In this document: positions 1 to 13,129 of the stretch, in pieces
How positions within the stretch are numbered: position 1 is the first letter of the stretch
Layout of the letters: the number at the start of each line of letters is the position of its first letter
Assembly: GCA_964016885.1 (NCBI GenBank)
Contig: OZ024754.1
Span: forward strand, 13,454,001-13,518,000
Direction: 5' to 3'
DNA from: Eledone cirrhosa
Lineage: Eukaryota
DNA: 64,000 bases
Notes under the pieces: generated by a model
The model's input: the letters and a program-made list of their open reading frames with translations, nothing else
What the model was told of the DNA's origin: nothing
Databases searched by the model: none
Made by a program: the position numbers and the translations under genes

Positions 1-637
1 GACCAAACCAGACCCCGAGCAGCTTTACCGGTCCTTCCGTCCAGCGTCCGACGACGCCATCAGAAGGCATCGGTTTGCCTCTCCACGTTCCGAGTTGCAA
101 ACCAACGGATTTGTCCCGGTTCAGCTTCGCTCCTGTGAACCTTTCGTATTCCTTCAGTAAGGTGCCGACCTCCCCGATTTGCGAGGTGCTCGACTCCATT
201 ACTGTCACGTCGGCGTAGGCCGACGCCGCTTTTCGCAGTCCCGGTTCCAAAGGAATGGCCTGCAATAGCTCCAACTTCAGCAGTAGTGGCTCGAGAGTCA
301 GTACGTACAGAAGGGAGGAGAGAGGGCATCTCTGTCGGATGGATCGCGTGATATGGAACGGCTCCGAGAGGTAGCCGTTCGCCTTGACCCTTGAGCAGAT
401 GTTGCTGTTGTGCATTGCAGCAATCCTGCCCCTGAACACGGGTCCGAAGCCTGCCGCCTCGAGTACCGCATCCAGGTAACGATGGTCAACCCTATCGAAA
501 GCCTTAGACTGATCCAAGTTGATCAGGGCCCTACCGAAACCGAGTTTACACCCCTACCCTGTCTATAATGTATCGCATAAGGTGGAGGTTGTCGTGTATG
601 GACCTGGTCGGATTGCGCATGTCTGCGCTTCTCCCAG
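1..637 (-). mobile_element. L1/Tx1-clade non-LTR retrotransposon, frameshifted reverse transcriptase fragment
   Basis: Manual translation across frames gives GEAQTCAI..RSIHDNLHLMRYII..ALINLDQSKAFDRVDH..FGPVF..VKANGYLSEPFHITRSIRQRCPLSP..LYVLTLEPLL..SAYAD..FTGAKLNRDKS..VKLLGVWFG. These are L1-type RT motifs. Confidence 0.9.
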
Positions 638-666
638 ATAGATAGATAGATAGATAGGTAGATAGT

Positions 667-711
<45 letters not shown>

Positions 712-769
712 TTCTTTATTAGCCACAGGGGCACAAAAGAAGGGGACAAATACAAAGGGGGAAGTTTAG

Positions 770-846
<77 letters not shown>

Positions 847-850
847 AATA
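638..850. repeat. (GATA)n/(GA)n microsatellites containing a duplicated LINE 3' end
   Basis: Direct reading. The segment agatttctttattagccaca.gggc.cacaa occurs at about 707-750 and again at about 853-900. Confidence 0.85.
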
Positions 851-1340
851 GATAGATTTCTTTATTAGCCACAAGGGCGCACAAGAAAAGGGGACAAAAC
901 AAAGAATGCCGAGGATTTTACATACCATCGTGTAAAAATATGAAACAAACAATTATAACAATCTAAATCCCCAATAGGGGGGAGGCGCCACAAATGTGTT
1001 GTTTAATACTCCGTCGATAGAACAACCCTCAACTTCAGAAGCGTATTGTGCAAGTGCTCCTTTCTTCTTTTTGCTCTCTTCTTCAACCTACAGGTTTATA
1101 TACAGATAAGGCCCAATCACTCGGGCCATTTTTGCCACATTCACCCACCTTTCAGTAAATTTACTGGAGTGTAGTGCCTCTCTTTTCACTCTTATTCTCC
1201 TTCTAAAGTGGTATCTAAAGAAGGAAATGAGTTGTTGTCCGGAGAGAAAGGCATCTGTCCTCAGTCCTCTCATTCTCGTCCACCATATAACTTCTTTCAC
1301 CATAGCCACTATACAGAGGAAAACCGCCTCTCTTTTTTTT
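851..1340 (-). mobile_element. 3' end of an L1/Tx1-like LINE (ORF2 C-terminus, 3'UTR, AATAAA, (TCTA)n tail)
   Basis: ORF 1088-1309 (AMVKEVIWWTRMRG..F.ERW) resembles L1/Tx1 ORF2 C-termini. GCTAATAAAG is followed by a TCTA repeat tail. Confidence 0.65.
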
Positions 1341-2081
1341 TAGAAAGAAGTTAGATAGATAGACAGATAGTTAGATAGAGATGGGGAGAGAAATAGAGAG
1401 AGCGTAGAAGACAGAAGAGAAAGAGCGGTTTTGAAGGAAAGATATATATATATATAAGTATGTACACGTACATACATATATGTATACAGACGTACAGTAG
1501 TATGTATATTTGTATACATACATGCACACATATATATATATGTACGTATGGATTCACCGAACATTTATTATAATGCTCGGTGTGTTTGTAAACAAACATC
1601 CCGTATTAAGCCGTAGTGTCCAGCAACCATCGTTGCTCGTTTGTTCAACACTGACAAAGGAACGCTGTGCTAGTTTCAAGCTCATTAGCTATCGTCAGCA
1701 ACGTATACCTTCCTGCCAGATTGCTGAACGTATATACTTACCTTGTGCATATTAACGGCTGAGTAGTCCAATTTGCATATCGAGTGGGTTAATCGGCCGG
1801 GTGCACCGAAAACGATAAATGGAAAAATTGAAACGAAATTTCAATTCCCACTCTTAGTACGGCTGTTACTTAAATATAAGTATGTACACGTACATAGATA
1901 TATGTATACAGACGTACAGTAGTATGTATATATATATACATACATGCGCACATATATATATGTACGTATGGATTCACCGAACATTTATTATAATGCTCGG
2001 TGTGTTTGTAAACAAACATCCCGTATTAAGCCGTAGTGTCCAGCAACCATCGTTGCTCGTTTGTTCAACACTGACAAAGGA

Positions 2082-2124
2082 ACGCTGTACTAGTTTCAAA
2101 CTTATTAGCTATCGTCAGCAACGT
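2082..2124 (-). ncRNA. Type I hammerhead ribozyme (family E)
   Basis: ACGUUG CUGACGA UAGCUAAUAAGUUU GAAA CUAG UA CAGCGU. The paralog at 1662-1704 has U16.1 changed to C. Confidence 0.75.
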
Positions 2125-2174
2125 ATACCTTCCTGCCAGATTGTTGAACGTATATAATTACCTTATGCACAGTC

Positions 2175-2226
2175 GGCTTTCCTGATGATTTCCTTCAAAT
2201 GAAACAGTTCTAGTCCTGTAGAAGCC
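2175..2226 (+). ncRNA. Type I hammerhead ribozyme (family A)
   Basis: GGCUUUC CUGAUGA UUUCCUUCAAAU GAAA CAG-UUCUAGUC-CUG UA GAAGCC. Confidence 0.75.
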
Positions 2227-2324
2227 ATTTCTACATTAAATATTTATACTCTGCTATGTATTGAGTACCTTTCTGACTGTCGTTGCTCCCGATTGAACCA
2301 GAGATACACACACACACACACACA

Positions 2325-2474
<150 letters not shown>

Positions 2475-2681
2475 TATGTATACGTACATACATATATGTA
2501 TACAGACGTACAGTAGTATGCATATATATATATACATGCATGCACACACATATATGTATGTACGTATGGATTCACCGAACATCTATTATAATGCTCGGTG
2601 TGTTTGTAAACAAACACCCCGAATTAAGCCGTGCAGTGTCTAGCAACCATCGTTGCTCATTTGTTCAACACTGACAAAGGA

Positions 2682-2724
2682 ACGCTGTACTAGTTTCAAG
2701 CTTATTAGCTATCGTCAGCAACGT
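2682..2724 (-). ncRNA. Type I hammerhead ribozyme (family E)
   Basis: Reverse complement of the intact motif at 2799-2841. Confidence 0.8.
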
Positions 2725-2798
2725 ATACCTTCCTGCCAGATGGTTGAACGTCTGAAAGTATTTACATTCAGACGTTCAACCATCTGGCAGGAAGGTAT

Positions 2799-2841
2799 AC
2801 GTTGCTGACGATAGCTAATAAGCTTGAAACTAGTACAGCGT
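2799..2841 (+). ncRNA. Type I hammerhead ribozyme (family E)
   Basis: ACGUUG CUGACGA U-AGCU-AAUA-AGCU-U GAAA CUAG UA CAGCGU. Stem I is 6 bp, loop III is palindromic, and the cleavage triplet is GUA. Confidence 0.8.
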
Positions 2842-2988
2842 TCCTTTGTCAGTGTTGAACAAATGAGCAACGATGGTTGCTAGACACTGCACGGCTTAAT
2901 TCGGGGTGTTTGTTTACAAACACACCGAGCATTATAATAAATGTTCGGTGAATCCATACGTACATATATATATATATATGTATGCATG

Positions 2989-3058
<70 letters not shown>

Positions 3059-3260
3059 TACTACTGTACGTCTGTATACATATATGTATGTACGTATACA
3101 TACTTATATTTAAGTGGCCAAATTTGAATAATTTAGTTGTAGTGATTGGTTTAGCTCTTTGCACTCGAAATTGGTCAGAAAACTTCTATATGTGATAAAC
3201 ATTACATGTACATAAATTGTAGCGCATATCCAAATAGATGTGTGTTTTGAAAACCATAAT

Positions 3261-3325
3261 TATTTTATTATATATATTTCAAGGGCAACCAAGGCAATCT
3301 TGGTGCGCTTTCATCAGATAAAATA
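3261..3325 (-). ncRNA. Type I hammerhead ribozyme (family B)
   Basis: Inverted copy of 3422-3486. Confidence 0.8.
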
Positions 3326-3421
3326 CAAAATTTGTTTTATAAATAGTGACATAACCGTGGAAAAACCGTGGAAAACAACCTTGATGGTTGAAAATTCGCT
3401 GGATAGATAAAACAAATTTTG

Positions 3422-3486
3422 TATTTTATCTGATGAAAGCGCACCAAGATGGTCTTGGTTGCCCTTGAAATATATATAATAAAATA
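3422..3486 (+). ncRNA. Type I hammerhead ribozyme (family B)
   Basis: UAUUUUAU CUGAUGA AAGCGCACCAAGA-UGG-UCUUGGUUGCCCUU GAAA UAUAUA UA AUAAAAUA. Stem I is a perfect 8 bp. Confidence 0.85.
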
Positions 3487-3606
3487 ATTATGGTTTTATA
3501 AATATAGTTTCCATTTATTAATATATTGAATATTTACTCCAGTCTCTATATTAGTTATAAACTTTTAAGTTTGTTGGATTCCCAACAAATTAAATATAAC
3601 TTCTGC

Positions 3607-3732
<126 letters not shown>

Positions 3733-4199
3733 AGAAGGAGAGAGAGGGAGAGGGGGTATCATTGATGGTATGGTAGTATGGGGTATGGTTACCTGTCATT
3801 GAATCTTGTCCAGCCTTGAGAAGAGATTATTCTCATTGGAAATAATCTATTTGTTGAAATTCTATAGTTAAAGATTTTTCGACTGTGATTCGATGGAATT
3901 GTGATTATCACGTTAACACTGAACAAGAAACCTTCTGAAATAATTTAATTGAAATGACATTGGAATTTAGTAAAGTGAATTTTAAAACTAATGTTTTATT
4001 TATTTTTATGTTTTTATATGTTTATTTGTTTTTGTATTTGTTCGGTTTTTGTGAATTGATAGAAGTGTAATCATCTTGTTAGTTCTGGTAGTTTCATCAC
4101 CTGTTACCACTACACATCTTCTGTTTGGTTATAAAAGAATCAGCGAATGAAGATAACTACTCTTTAGTTAAATTGTGCATGTATTTATTAGGATAAAGA

Positions 4200-4360
4200 G
4201 GCGGCGAATTGGAAGAGTATTTAGAATGTTGATCGGATAGAATGCTTTGAGATATTTATTCTGGTTCTATAAGTTCTGTTTCAAATTTCACCCAGGTCAT
4301 ATTTGCCTTCCATTTATTCGAGGTCGATAAATAAAGTACCAGTCCAGTACTGGGATCGAC
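4200..4360 (+). mobile_element. tRNA-derived SINE family 1, degraded
   Basis: ggcggcgaattggaag..ttcaaat..tttgccttccatt..gtcgataaataaagtaccag. Confidence 0.6.
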
Positions 4361-4604
4361 GCCTTTTCTGTATCTTTTTCTCTTTATCTGTATTTCTTTC
4401 TCTCGTTTTTCCTCCCCTGCTCTCTGACTTCTAAATATTTCTTCCAGAGAAGCAGAGAGAGAAGGGAGGGAGGGAGGGAGAGAAGTGATAGAGAGGGAAT
4501 GAGATCGAAATGGAAAGTTGTAACTAGATACCGCAAGATATTTTGTCCGACGGTCTACCGACTTTGCTAATCTACCGCCATGATATGTGTGTGTGTGTGT
4601 GTGA

Positions 4605-4842
4605 CAGCTCACACCTATGCAGTTTCAGCTGGCCTCCTCCAAGGTATATCTCGTTGGAGGTGTCTTGGGTAATTTAATGATAGGGACCCCAGTCCTATCA
4701 ACTCATTTCTACAGCTGAGTAAACTGGAGCAACGTGAAATAAAGTGTCTTGCTCAAGGAAACAACACATCACTCGGTCAGAGAATTGAACTCACAACCTT
4801 TCGATTGCAAGCCCAATGCTCTAACCACTAAGCCATGCGCCT
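4605..4842 (-). mobile_element. tRNA-derived SINE family 2
   Basis: Reverse complement reads GGCGCATGGCTTAGTGGTTAGAG (A box), GTTCAATTC (B box), then CCTTGAGCAAGACACTTTATTTCACGTTGCTCC. Confidence 0.75.
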
Positions 4843-5220
4843 TCACAATGATATAGGATAATAACATTTGAATTTTATTTAAAGGGTCAAATTATGTTCC
4901 ATTTATTAAAAAAAAAGTACATGCAGATGTGGAAAAGTCCAGGGACCTCAAAAATGATGGGAAATTGTGAGGTGTAGAAAGTTTGGTACAAATGATACAA
5001 ATTAAGGAAAATTAGTAAAAAAGGGGGGGGGGTAGTTAGTCAGGAGGGTGGGGAAGACACCGATAATCCTTTTAGTAACCCTATTAGTTTTATGTTTTAC
5101 AGATTTTCAAGCAATTAATATAAATTAAATGATAAACAGAATTAATCCTACAATCGCTAATTTGAATAAGCACCTTGATGATTAAACTTTTTAATGTGGT
5201 CGGTATATTATTGTATAAGT

Positions 5221-5733
5221 CTCAAAGTTCTCAAAGTGGGCGCTACCGCCCCCTGGGGGCGTTGAGAAGGTCCAGGGGCGGTGGGACGGTAGAGATGATA
5301 TAATAGTATATTAAATATCAAATGATACATATTATATATAAATATAGTAAAATGAAAATAATATAATATTTATTTATACATAGTATATATTATATTATTT
5401 ATTATATATAAATTAACTGTTTCTACTTTAGGCACAAGGCCAGCAATTACCCAGTGCATTACTGGTACTTTATTTTATCGACCCCGTAAGGATGAAAGGC
5501 AAAGTCAACCTCGGCGGGATTTGAACTCAGATCGTAAAGGGACGTAACTATGCTGGAAAGCATGGTGTCTGACCCTCTACCGATACTGCTAATCCACATT
5601 AACGATTTTATTTATTATATATTATTTACAATTTACGTGTAGGCAGGTCTCTCTAGAAATAGGGTTTGGGGTTGCTTAGGGTATTACGAGGCCATGAGGG
5701 AGAACAGTGACCACAAAAGTTTGAGAACCTCTG
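5221..5733. mobile_element. hAT-type MITE with a nested SINE
   Basis: Imperfect TIRs (gttctcaaa / tttgagaacctctg). The 8-bp TSD gtataagt is at 5213-5220 and 5734-5741. Confidence 0.75.
5411..5597 (-). mobile_element. tRNA-derived SINE family 1
   Basis: Matches the ~185-bp consensus seen at 59618-59800. Confidence 0.85.
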
Positions 5734-6154
5734 GTATAAGTCGATCTATCAATTGCCCGTTCGTTCGCCTTGGTATGACAAAAAAAACAAATTTTTTTTT
5801 ATTCACGTTATTTCTAAAGAAATGGTTGAAGCCATACATAAGAAGGACCAATGGACAATAGAGTGATATCACCATGAAGATAACGTCCCGGCAAAATAAA
5901 ATTTGTTTGATATGTTAACATGCTTCTTCAAGGTTTTTTTATATAATCTATATTGTATAAAGATTCTAAATTGTATCATTTGTTACATTGATTTCTTGAA
6001 AATCAGCAAAATGGGAGATTTGTAGTCACGATCGATTTTTGTGTCTATATGGATCTGAAACTCTTGATGATGTAGTATTAGTGCCATCCTGAAATATAGC
6101 GCTTTGGAGGCACTTTAAATGTGGCGGGGCCCTTCCCTTCTGGAAGAACACAGC

Positions 6155-7708
6155 CGTTTTCTTCCAGAGCTCGTCCCTTCCCGAGACTGGAACACAGCTG
6201 ATTTCTTTCAGAGCTCGCCCCTTCCCTAGATTGGAACACAACAGATGTCTTTCAGAGCTCGTCCCTTCTCTAGATTGGAACACAACTGATGTCTTTCAGA
6301 GCTCGTCCCTTCCCTAGATTGGAACACAACAGATGTCTTTCAGAGCTCGCCCCTTCCCTAGATTGGAACACAACAGATGTCTTTCAGAGCTCGCCCCTTC
6401 TCTAGATTGGAACACAACAGATGTCTTTCAGAGCTCGTCCCTTCTCTAGATTGGAACACAACTGATGTCTTTCAGAGCTCGTCCCTTCCCTAGATTGGAA
6501 CACAACAGATGTCTTTCAGAGCTCGCCCCTTCTCTAGATTGGAACACAACAGATGTCTTTCAGAGCTCGTCCCTTCTATAGGTTGGGACACAACTGATTT
6601 CTTTCAGAGCTCGTCCCTTCTATAGGTTGGGACACAACTGATTTCTTTCAGAGCTCGTCCCTTCTCTAGATTGGGACACAACTGATTTCTTTCAGAGCTC
6701 GTCCCTTCCCTAGATTGGAACACAACTGATGTCTTTCAGAGCTCGTCCCTTCTCTAGACTGGAACACAACTGATTTCTTTCAGAGCTCGCCCCTTCTCTA
6801 GACTGGAACACAACTGATTTCTTTCAGAGCTCTTCCCTTCTATAGGTTGGGACACAACTGATTTCTTTCAGAGCTCGTCCCTTCTCTAGATTGGGACACA
6901 ACTGATTTCTTTCAGAGCTCGTCCCTTCTCTAGACTGGAACACAACTGATTTCTTTCAGAGCTCATCCCTTCTCTAGACTGGAACACAACTGATTTCTTT
7001 CAGAGCTCGTCCCTTCTCTAGATTGGGACACAACTGATTTCTTTCAGAGCTCGTCCCTTCTCTAGACTGGAACACAACTGATTTCTTTCAGAGCTCGTCC
7101 CTTCTCTAGACTGGAACACAACTGATTTCTTTCAGAGCTCGCCCCTTCTCTAGACTGGAACACAACTGATTTCTTTCAGAGCTCTTCCCTTCTATAGGTT
7201 GGGACACAACTGATTTCTTTCAGAGCTCGTCCCTTCTCTAGACTGGGACACAACTGATTTCTTTCAGAGCTCGCCCCTTCTCTAGATTGGAACACAACTG
7301 ATGTCTTTCAGAGCTCGTCCCTTCTCTAGATTGGAACACAACTGATGTCTTTCAGAGCTCGTCCCTTCTCTAGATTGGAACACAACTGATTTCTTTCAGA
7401 GCTCGTCCCTTCTCTAGATTGGAACACAACTGATGTCTTTCAGAGCTCGTCCCTTCCCTAGATTGGAACACAACTGATTTCTTTCAGAGCTCGTCCCTTC
7501 CCTAGATTGGGACACAACTGATTTCTTTCAGAGCTCGTCCCTTCCCTAGACTAGAACATAGCTGATTTCTTTCAGAGCTCGTCCCTTCCCTAGACTGAAA
7601 CACAGCTGATTTCTTTCAGAGCTCGTCCCTTCCCTAGACTGGAACACAGCTGATTTCCTCCAGAGCCCATCCCTTCTATAGGTTGGAATACAGCTGATTT
7701 CTTTCAGA
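6155..7708. repeat. 44-bp minisatellite, about 35 copies
   Basis: Unit gagctcgtcccttctctagattggaacacaactgatttctttca. Confidence 0.95.
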
Positions 7709-8019
7709 GAAGGAGAGAAAAAGAATGAGAAAGAGAGAAGAAGAATCAACTCCAATACAGGAGTGGTACTTCATTTATCAACCTCGAAATAAGAAAAGGG
7801 GAAGTGAAGCTCGGTTAGATTTGAATGCAGAGAACTAGAACAAACACCGCAAAACATTCTATCCAATGTTCTAACAATCCAAACAACTCTGCTAATCCGT
7901 GATATACGTATGTAACATCATATGGAAACATTTGTAAGCTACCCTGGCTTTATATGTAGTTCTTTACACCTAATTATTTAGGCTATTGTGTATCTCTTTA
8001 TAGTTACACACAGAGAGGA

Positions 8020-8460
8020 GGGTGTGTGTGTTTGTGTGTAGACATGTGTGTGTGTGTGTGTGTGTGTTTGGGTGCGTGTTTGTGTGTGTGTGTAAACATG
8101 TGTGTGTAGACATGTGTGTGTGTAGACATGTGTGTGAGTGTAGACATGTGTGTGTGTAGACATGTGTGTGTGTTTGGGTGTGTGTGTGTAGAGAGAGAGA
8201 GAGATGTGTTTGTGTGTGTGTGTGTGTTTGTGTGTAGACATGTGTGTGTGTTTGGGTGTGTGTTTGTGTGAGTGTAGACATGTTTGTGTGTGTTTGGGTG
8301 TGTGTTTGTGTGTGTAGACGTGTGTGTGTAGAGAGAGAGAGATATGTGTTTGTGTGTGTGTGTTTTTGTGTGTAGACATATGTGTGCATGTGTGTGTAGA
8401 CGTTTGTGTGGGTGTTTGTGTGTGTATGTGTGTGTATGTGCGTGTGTAGACATGTGTATG
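8020..8460. repeat. Degenerate (TG)n-based satellite
   Basis: tgtgtgtagaca motif recurs within TG runs. Confidence 0.85.
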
Positions 8461-8835
8461 CATCGGTGTTGATCTTGAGAACATAAGACCGAGTTGTTAC
8501 AAGTCTTTACCATGACAGTAATCACATCACAAGAGAAAGACAGCTACCATATAAGATAACGATTATGCCAACATATATATAATTCCAACCAAAAGTGATT
8601 GTACTGCTAAAATTTCTAATCTTATAAACTAATAAAATGCTGACTTATATCTGTATGTAAGAGTAAGTATTTGTATGTGTGTGTGTGGAGGGTGTGGGGG
8701 TGGGGGGGGGGCTGATAGAGATTGTGTGTGTAAAATATGCGTGTATGTAAGTGTATATATTGGATTATATGTATATATACATATATGTGTGGGGAGTGTA
8801 TGTATTTATGTATATATATAGTAAATTTCTTTAAG

Positions 8836-8908
<73 letters not shown>

Positions 8909-9195
8909 AAGTATGTCCATGGAAACATTTGATAATATATATACACCATTTCCTCTTCCAATTACCATAATCAACCACACAAAAAACCAATTAAACCAGG
9001 CTATAAGATTAAAAGGCACCTATGAAGAAATAGTAGATAAATAAACGACAGCCATCTATTCGCGATCAACAGCTATAGAATATTTACCCAACATTTCAAT
9101 AGCACGTGGAAATCGATTAAATATACCGTCAACCATACACAGTTAGGTATAAAATTAGTTGGAAGAAAAAATGCATATACACATAACAGGATTAC

Positions 9196-9276
9196 GTTTC
9201 TACCCTTAGGATTTCGTTCGCTTTCGGAAATATCCTATCAAGGATAAATTCTCGAGCTTCGAACTCATCAGGAAAC
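9196..9276 (-). ncRNA. Type I hammerhead ribozyme (family G), extended stem II
   Basis: GUUUC CUGAUGA GUUCG..(49-nt domain)..CGAAC GAAA UCCUAAGGG UA GAAAC. It lies within a ~600-bp TA-flanked element (8900-9510) homologous to 29250-29740. Confidence 0.75.
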
Positions 9277-9508
9277 AAACTCATTTGGACAAAGAATTTT
9301 CTAAAGTGATCCCCGCCAGAAACGAATTCAAAATGGCTAAGAGCTGTGACGTGGCAGTGGTCAAGTCAGAAAGAATGTGATTGGTTCCTTACGGCGAGTG
9401 GGCTGGTTGCTAGAGAAGCGCAGCCCAATATTGCCCATAATACATCTCAACCTTATGGGAGATTATCAAATATAAAGATTTACATATACACAAACTAGAC
9501 AAAGTCAC

Positions 9509-9607
<99 letters not shown>

Positions 9608-9714
9608 GAGAGAGAGAGTGTGTGTGTGTGAAAGAGATTGATATATATATTATATATATATATTTATATATATGTATATATATATAAATATATATATATA
9701 TTATATATATATAC

Positions 9715-9801
<87 letters not shown>

Positions 9802-9819
9802 TATACATATATAAATATT

Positions 9820-9936
<117 letters not shown>

Positions 9937-9987
9937 TAATAAAAACAATGAATTAAAAACAAAGAGACAGTTCCTTATATTAAAAAA

Positions 9988-10128
9988 TTCATCATTTTAC
10001 GATCGTTTCTAGGATATATAAGTGTGTGTTGGTATGTATATCATATAGATCTATGTAAAAAAATGTACAAACTATCAGAGGAAATATACATACCTACACA
10101 TATATATGCTGTCTTCAGAAATAATGAA
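9988..10128 (-). ncRNA. Type I hammerhead ribozyme (family H), ~100-nt stem II
   Basis: UUCAUUAUUU CUGAAGA [long hairpin] GAAA CGAUCG UA AAAUGAUGAA. It lies within the inverted repeat 9931-10309. Confidence 0.7.
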
Positions 10129-10510
10129 GACAGCATATATATGTGTAGGTATGTATATTCCCTCTGATAGTTTGTAAAATTTTTACATAGATCTATATGA
10201 TATACATACCAACACACACATATATATCCTAGAAACGATCGTAAAATGATGAATTTTTTAATATAAGGAACTGTTTCTTTGTTTTTATTCATTGTTTTTA
10301 TTAATTTATCTTGACTCTGTTTTCCAGTGATTTTCATCGAAAAGATTTTCGAATACATCTTCTCTTTTCATGATATTTGGATTACATTGAGTTCTTCATA
10401 CGGATTGGACACTACCGTATATTTTGGTAGATTTATCTACATATATATATATATTATATATATGTATATATATATATATGTATATTTATAATGTATATTT
10501 ATATGCATAT

Positions 10511-10843
<333 letters not shown>

Positions 10844-10917
10844 GATCGAGTATCGAAAAATCGGCGCACGAGTTCACGATAAACGAAATTCGATATGAGC
10901 GGCAGAGGGCTCAATAA

Positions 10918-10979
<62 letters not shown>

Positions 10980-11399
10980 ATATACATATAAATATACATT
11001 ATAAATATACATATATATATATATACAGAGAGAGAGAAAAAGAGAGAGGTGGATGGATGGGAGAAAGAGTAAGAAAAAGCAAAGGGGGAATAAGAGAGAA
11101 AGCTATGAGGGGCAGGAAGAGAGAGTAGATATACTAAGCTCATATGTGACAGTCATAACAAATATCTCTGCCATGCATCAACTACAAGACTTAACATGAT
11201 GGGATTTCCTTGGTTCAAATTAAAATTGAAGAAAATCTGACAAGGCATTGTGGGAAGGGCGATAATGAAAAGCGTGACATCTAGTGAATACGGCCCACAT
11301 CCGGTTTTGGACAGTTTCCTGAACTGACCTGAAATATATCGATTGTATTATATTATATTATATTGTAATGTATTGTATTATGTTTATAATGTAGGTATT

Positions 11400-12460
11400 T
11401 CGGTGGCGGTGGTGGCGGTGGTGGTTTGGGGGGGGGGGGGGGTAGTGTTGGTGGTGGTGTTAATGGTGGTGGTGTCGGTGGCGGTTGCGTTAATGGCGAT
11501 GGTGGTGGTGGTTGTGTTAATGGCGGTGGTGGTTGTAGTGGTGGTGGTTGTGTTAATGGCGGTGGTGGTTGTAGTGGTGGTGGTGGTGGTCATTGTGTTA
11601 ATGGCGATGGTAGTGGTGGTGGTGGTGTGTTTGGTGTTAATGGCGGTGGTGTTGTTGGTGGTGGTGGTGGTCGTCGCGTTGGTGGTGGTGTTGGAGGTGG
11701 TGGTGGTCGTCGTGTTGGTAGTGGTGTTAATGGTGGTGGTGGTAGTGTTGGAGGTGGTTGTGTTAATGGCGATGGTGGTGGTGATGGTGGTGGTGGTTGT
11801 GTTAATGGCGGTGGTGGTTGTAGTGGTGGTGGTGGTGTTGTTATTGTTGGTGGTGGTGCTGGTGGTTGTGTTAATGGCGATGGTGGTGGTGATGGTGGTG
11901 GTGGTGGTGCTTGTGTTAATGGTGGTGTTGGTTGTAGTGGTGGTGGTGGTGGTGGTGGTGGTGATGGTGGTGGTGGTGCTTGTGTTAATGGTGGTGTTGG
12001 TTGTAGTGGTGGTGGTGGTGGTTGTGTTAATGGCGGCGGTGGTGGTGGTGGTGGTTGTGTTAATGGCGGTGGTGGTGTTAATGGTGGTGGTGGTGGTGGT
12101 CATGGTAGTGGTAGTTGTGTTAATGGCGGTGGTGGTGGTGGTGGTGGCGGTGGTGTTAATGATGGTGGTGGTGGTGGTGGTGATGGTGGTGGTGGTTGTG
12201 TTAATGTTGGTGGTGCTGGCGTTAATGGCGACGGTGGTGGAGATTGTGTTAATGGTGGTGGTGGTGGTGGTGGTGGTGGTGATGATGGTGGTGGTGGTGG
12301 TTGTGTTAATGGTGGTGGTGGTGGTGTTAATGGCGATGGTGGTGGAGGTTGTGTTAATGGCGGTGGTGGTGGTGTCAATGGTGTTGGTATTGGTGGTGAT
12401 GGTGGTGGTGGTGGTGGTGATGTTGGTGGTGGTGGTAGTGGTGGTGGTGGTGGTTGTAAT
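11400..12460. repeat. Cryptic (GGT)n satellite
   Basis: GGT runs punctuated by tgtgttaatggc. Confidence 0.9.
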
Positions 12461-12605
12461 GAGGCTGGCTGATAGCTGCTACTACAGGCGATGCTGGTTA
12501 TTGATACGGTGGTGGTTCTACTGGTGTGGCTATTGTAGTTGTTAAAGCAGCAGTAGCTGATGGTGTTGATGTTTTTGTCGTTGTTAGTGGTGGTGGTGGT
12601 GGTGG

Positions 12606-12767
12606 CAAGGCCGTCTTAACGCACGGGCAAGCTGGGCAGTTGCCCGTGGGCCCCACGAGGGTAGGGGGCCCATATTTGTATTTTTATTCCTGGGAGTGGT
12701 TGTGTAGGTAGGGGGCCCCAGTGCTCTGCTTTGCCCGGGGGCCTATAATGCTGTTACGACGGCCCTG
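12606..12767. mobile_element. hAT-type MITE (162 bp)
   Basis: TIR caaggccgtcttaac vs cagggccgtcgtaac (13/15). Probable 8-bp TSD ggtggtgg/gatggtgg. GC-rich body. Confidence 0.7.
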
Positions 12768-13061
12768 GATGGTGGTGTTAATGGAAGTAAAGCTGGTGGT
12801 TGCTGTTTAAAACCAAGTCCCTATTGTATAGACAAGTCTATGATCAAAGGTGTTCAGGCCGTGACCGTCCTATTTACTTATCTTCTCCAGTATTCGCGAG
12901 TTAAGTGAATTGGTTGACACGGAAACAGAAACTGTACACGAAAACCTAAAGCTTTTCGTGATCTTTATATGAAACTAGACCACCCCCCGTTACCCTTTGG
13001 GCCCCGTTCACTTAAGAATATTTTTTAAAATCATGTACACTTAAAAATGATTTTTACACCT

Positions 13062-13129
<68 letters not shown>

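Noticed and set aside
6155-7708. CRISPR-like or HHR-containing array
   Set aside because: Units are contiguous with no unique spacers and no cas genes. The minus-strand CTGAAAGA is not CTGANGA and no HHR fold forms.
11343-12545. Long poly-Val, poly-Gly and poly-Thr ORFs
   Set aside because: They are translations of a (GGT)n array, open in several frames, with no domain or splice evidence.
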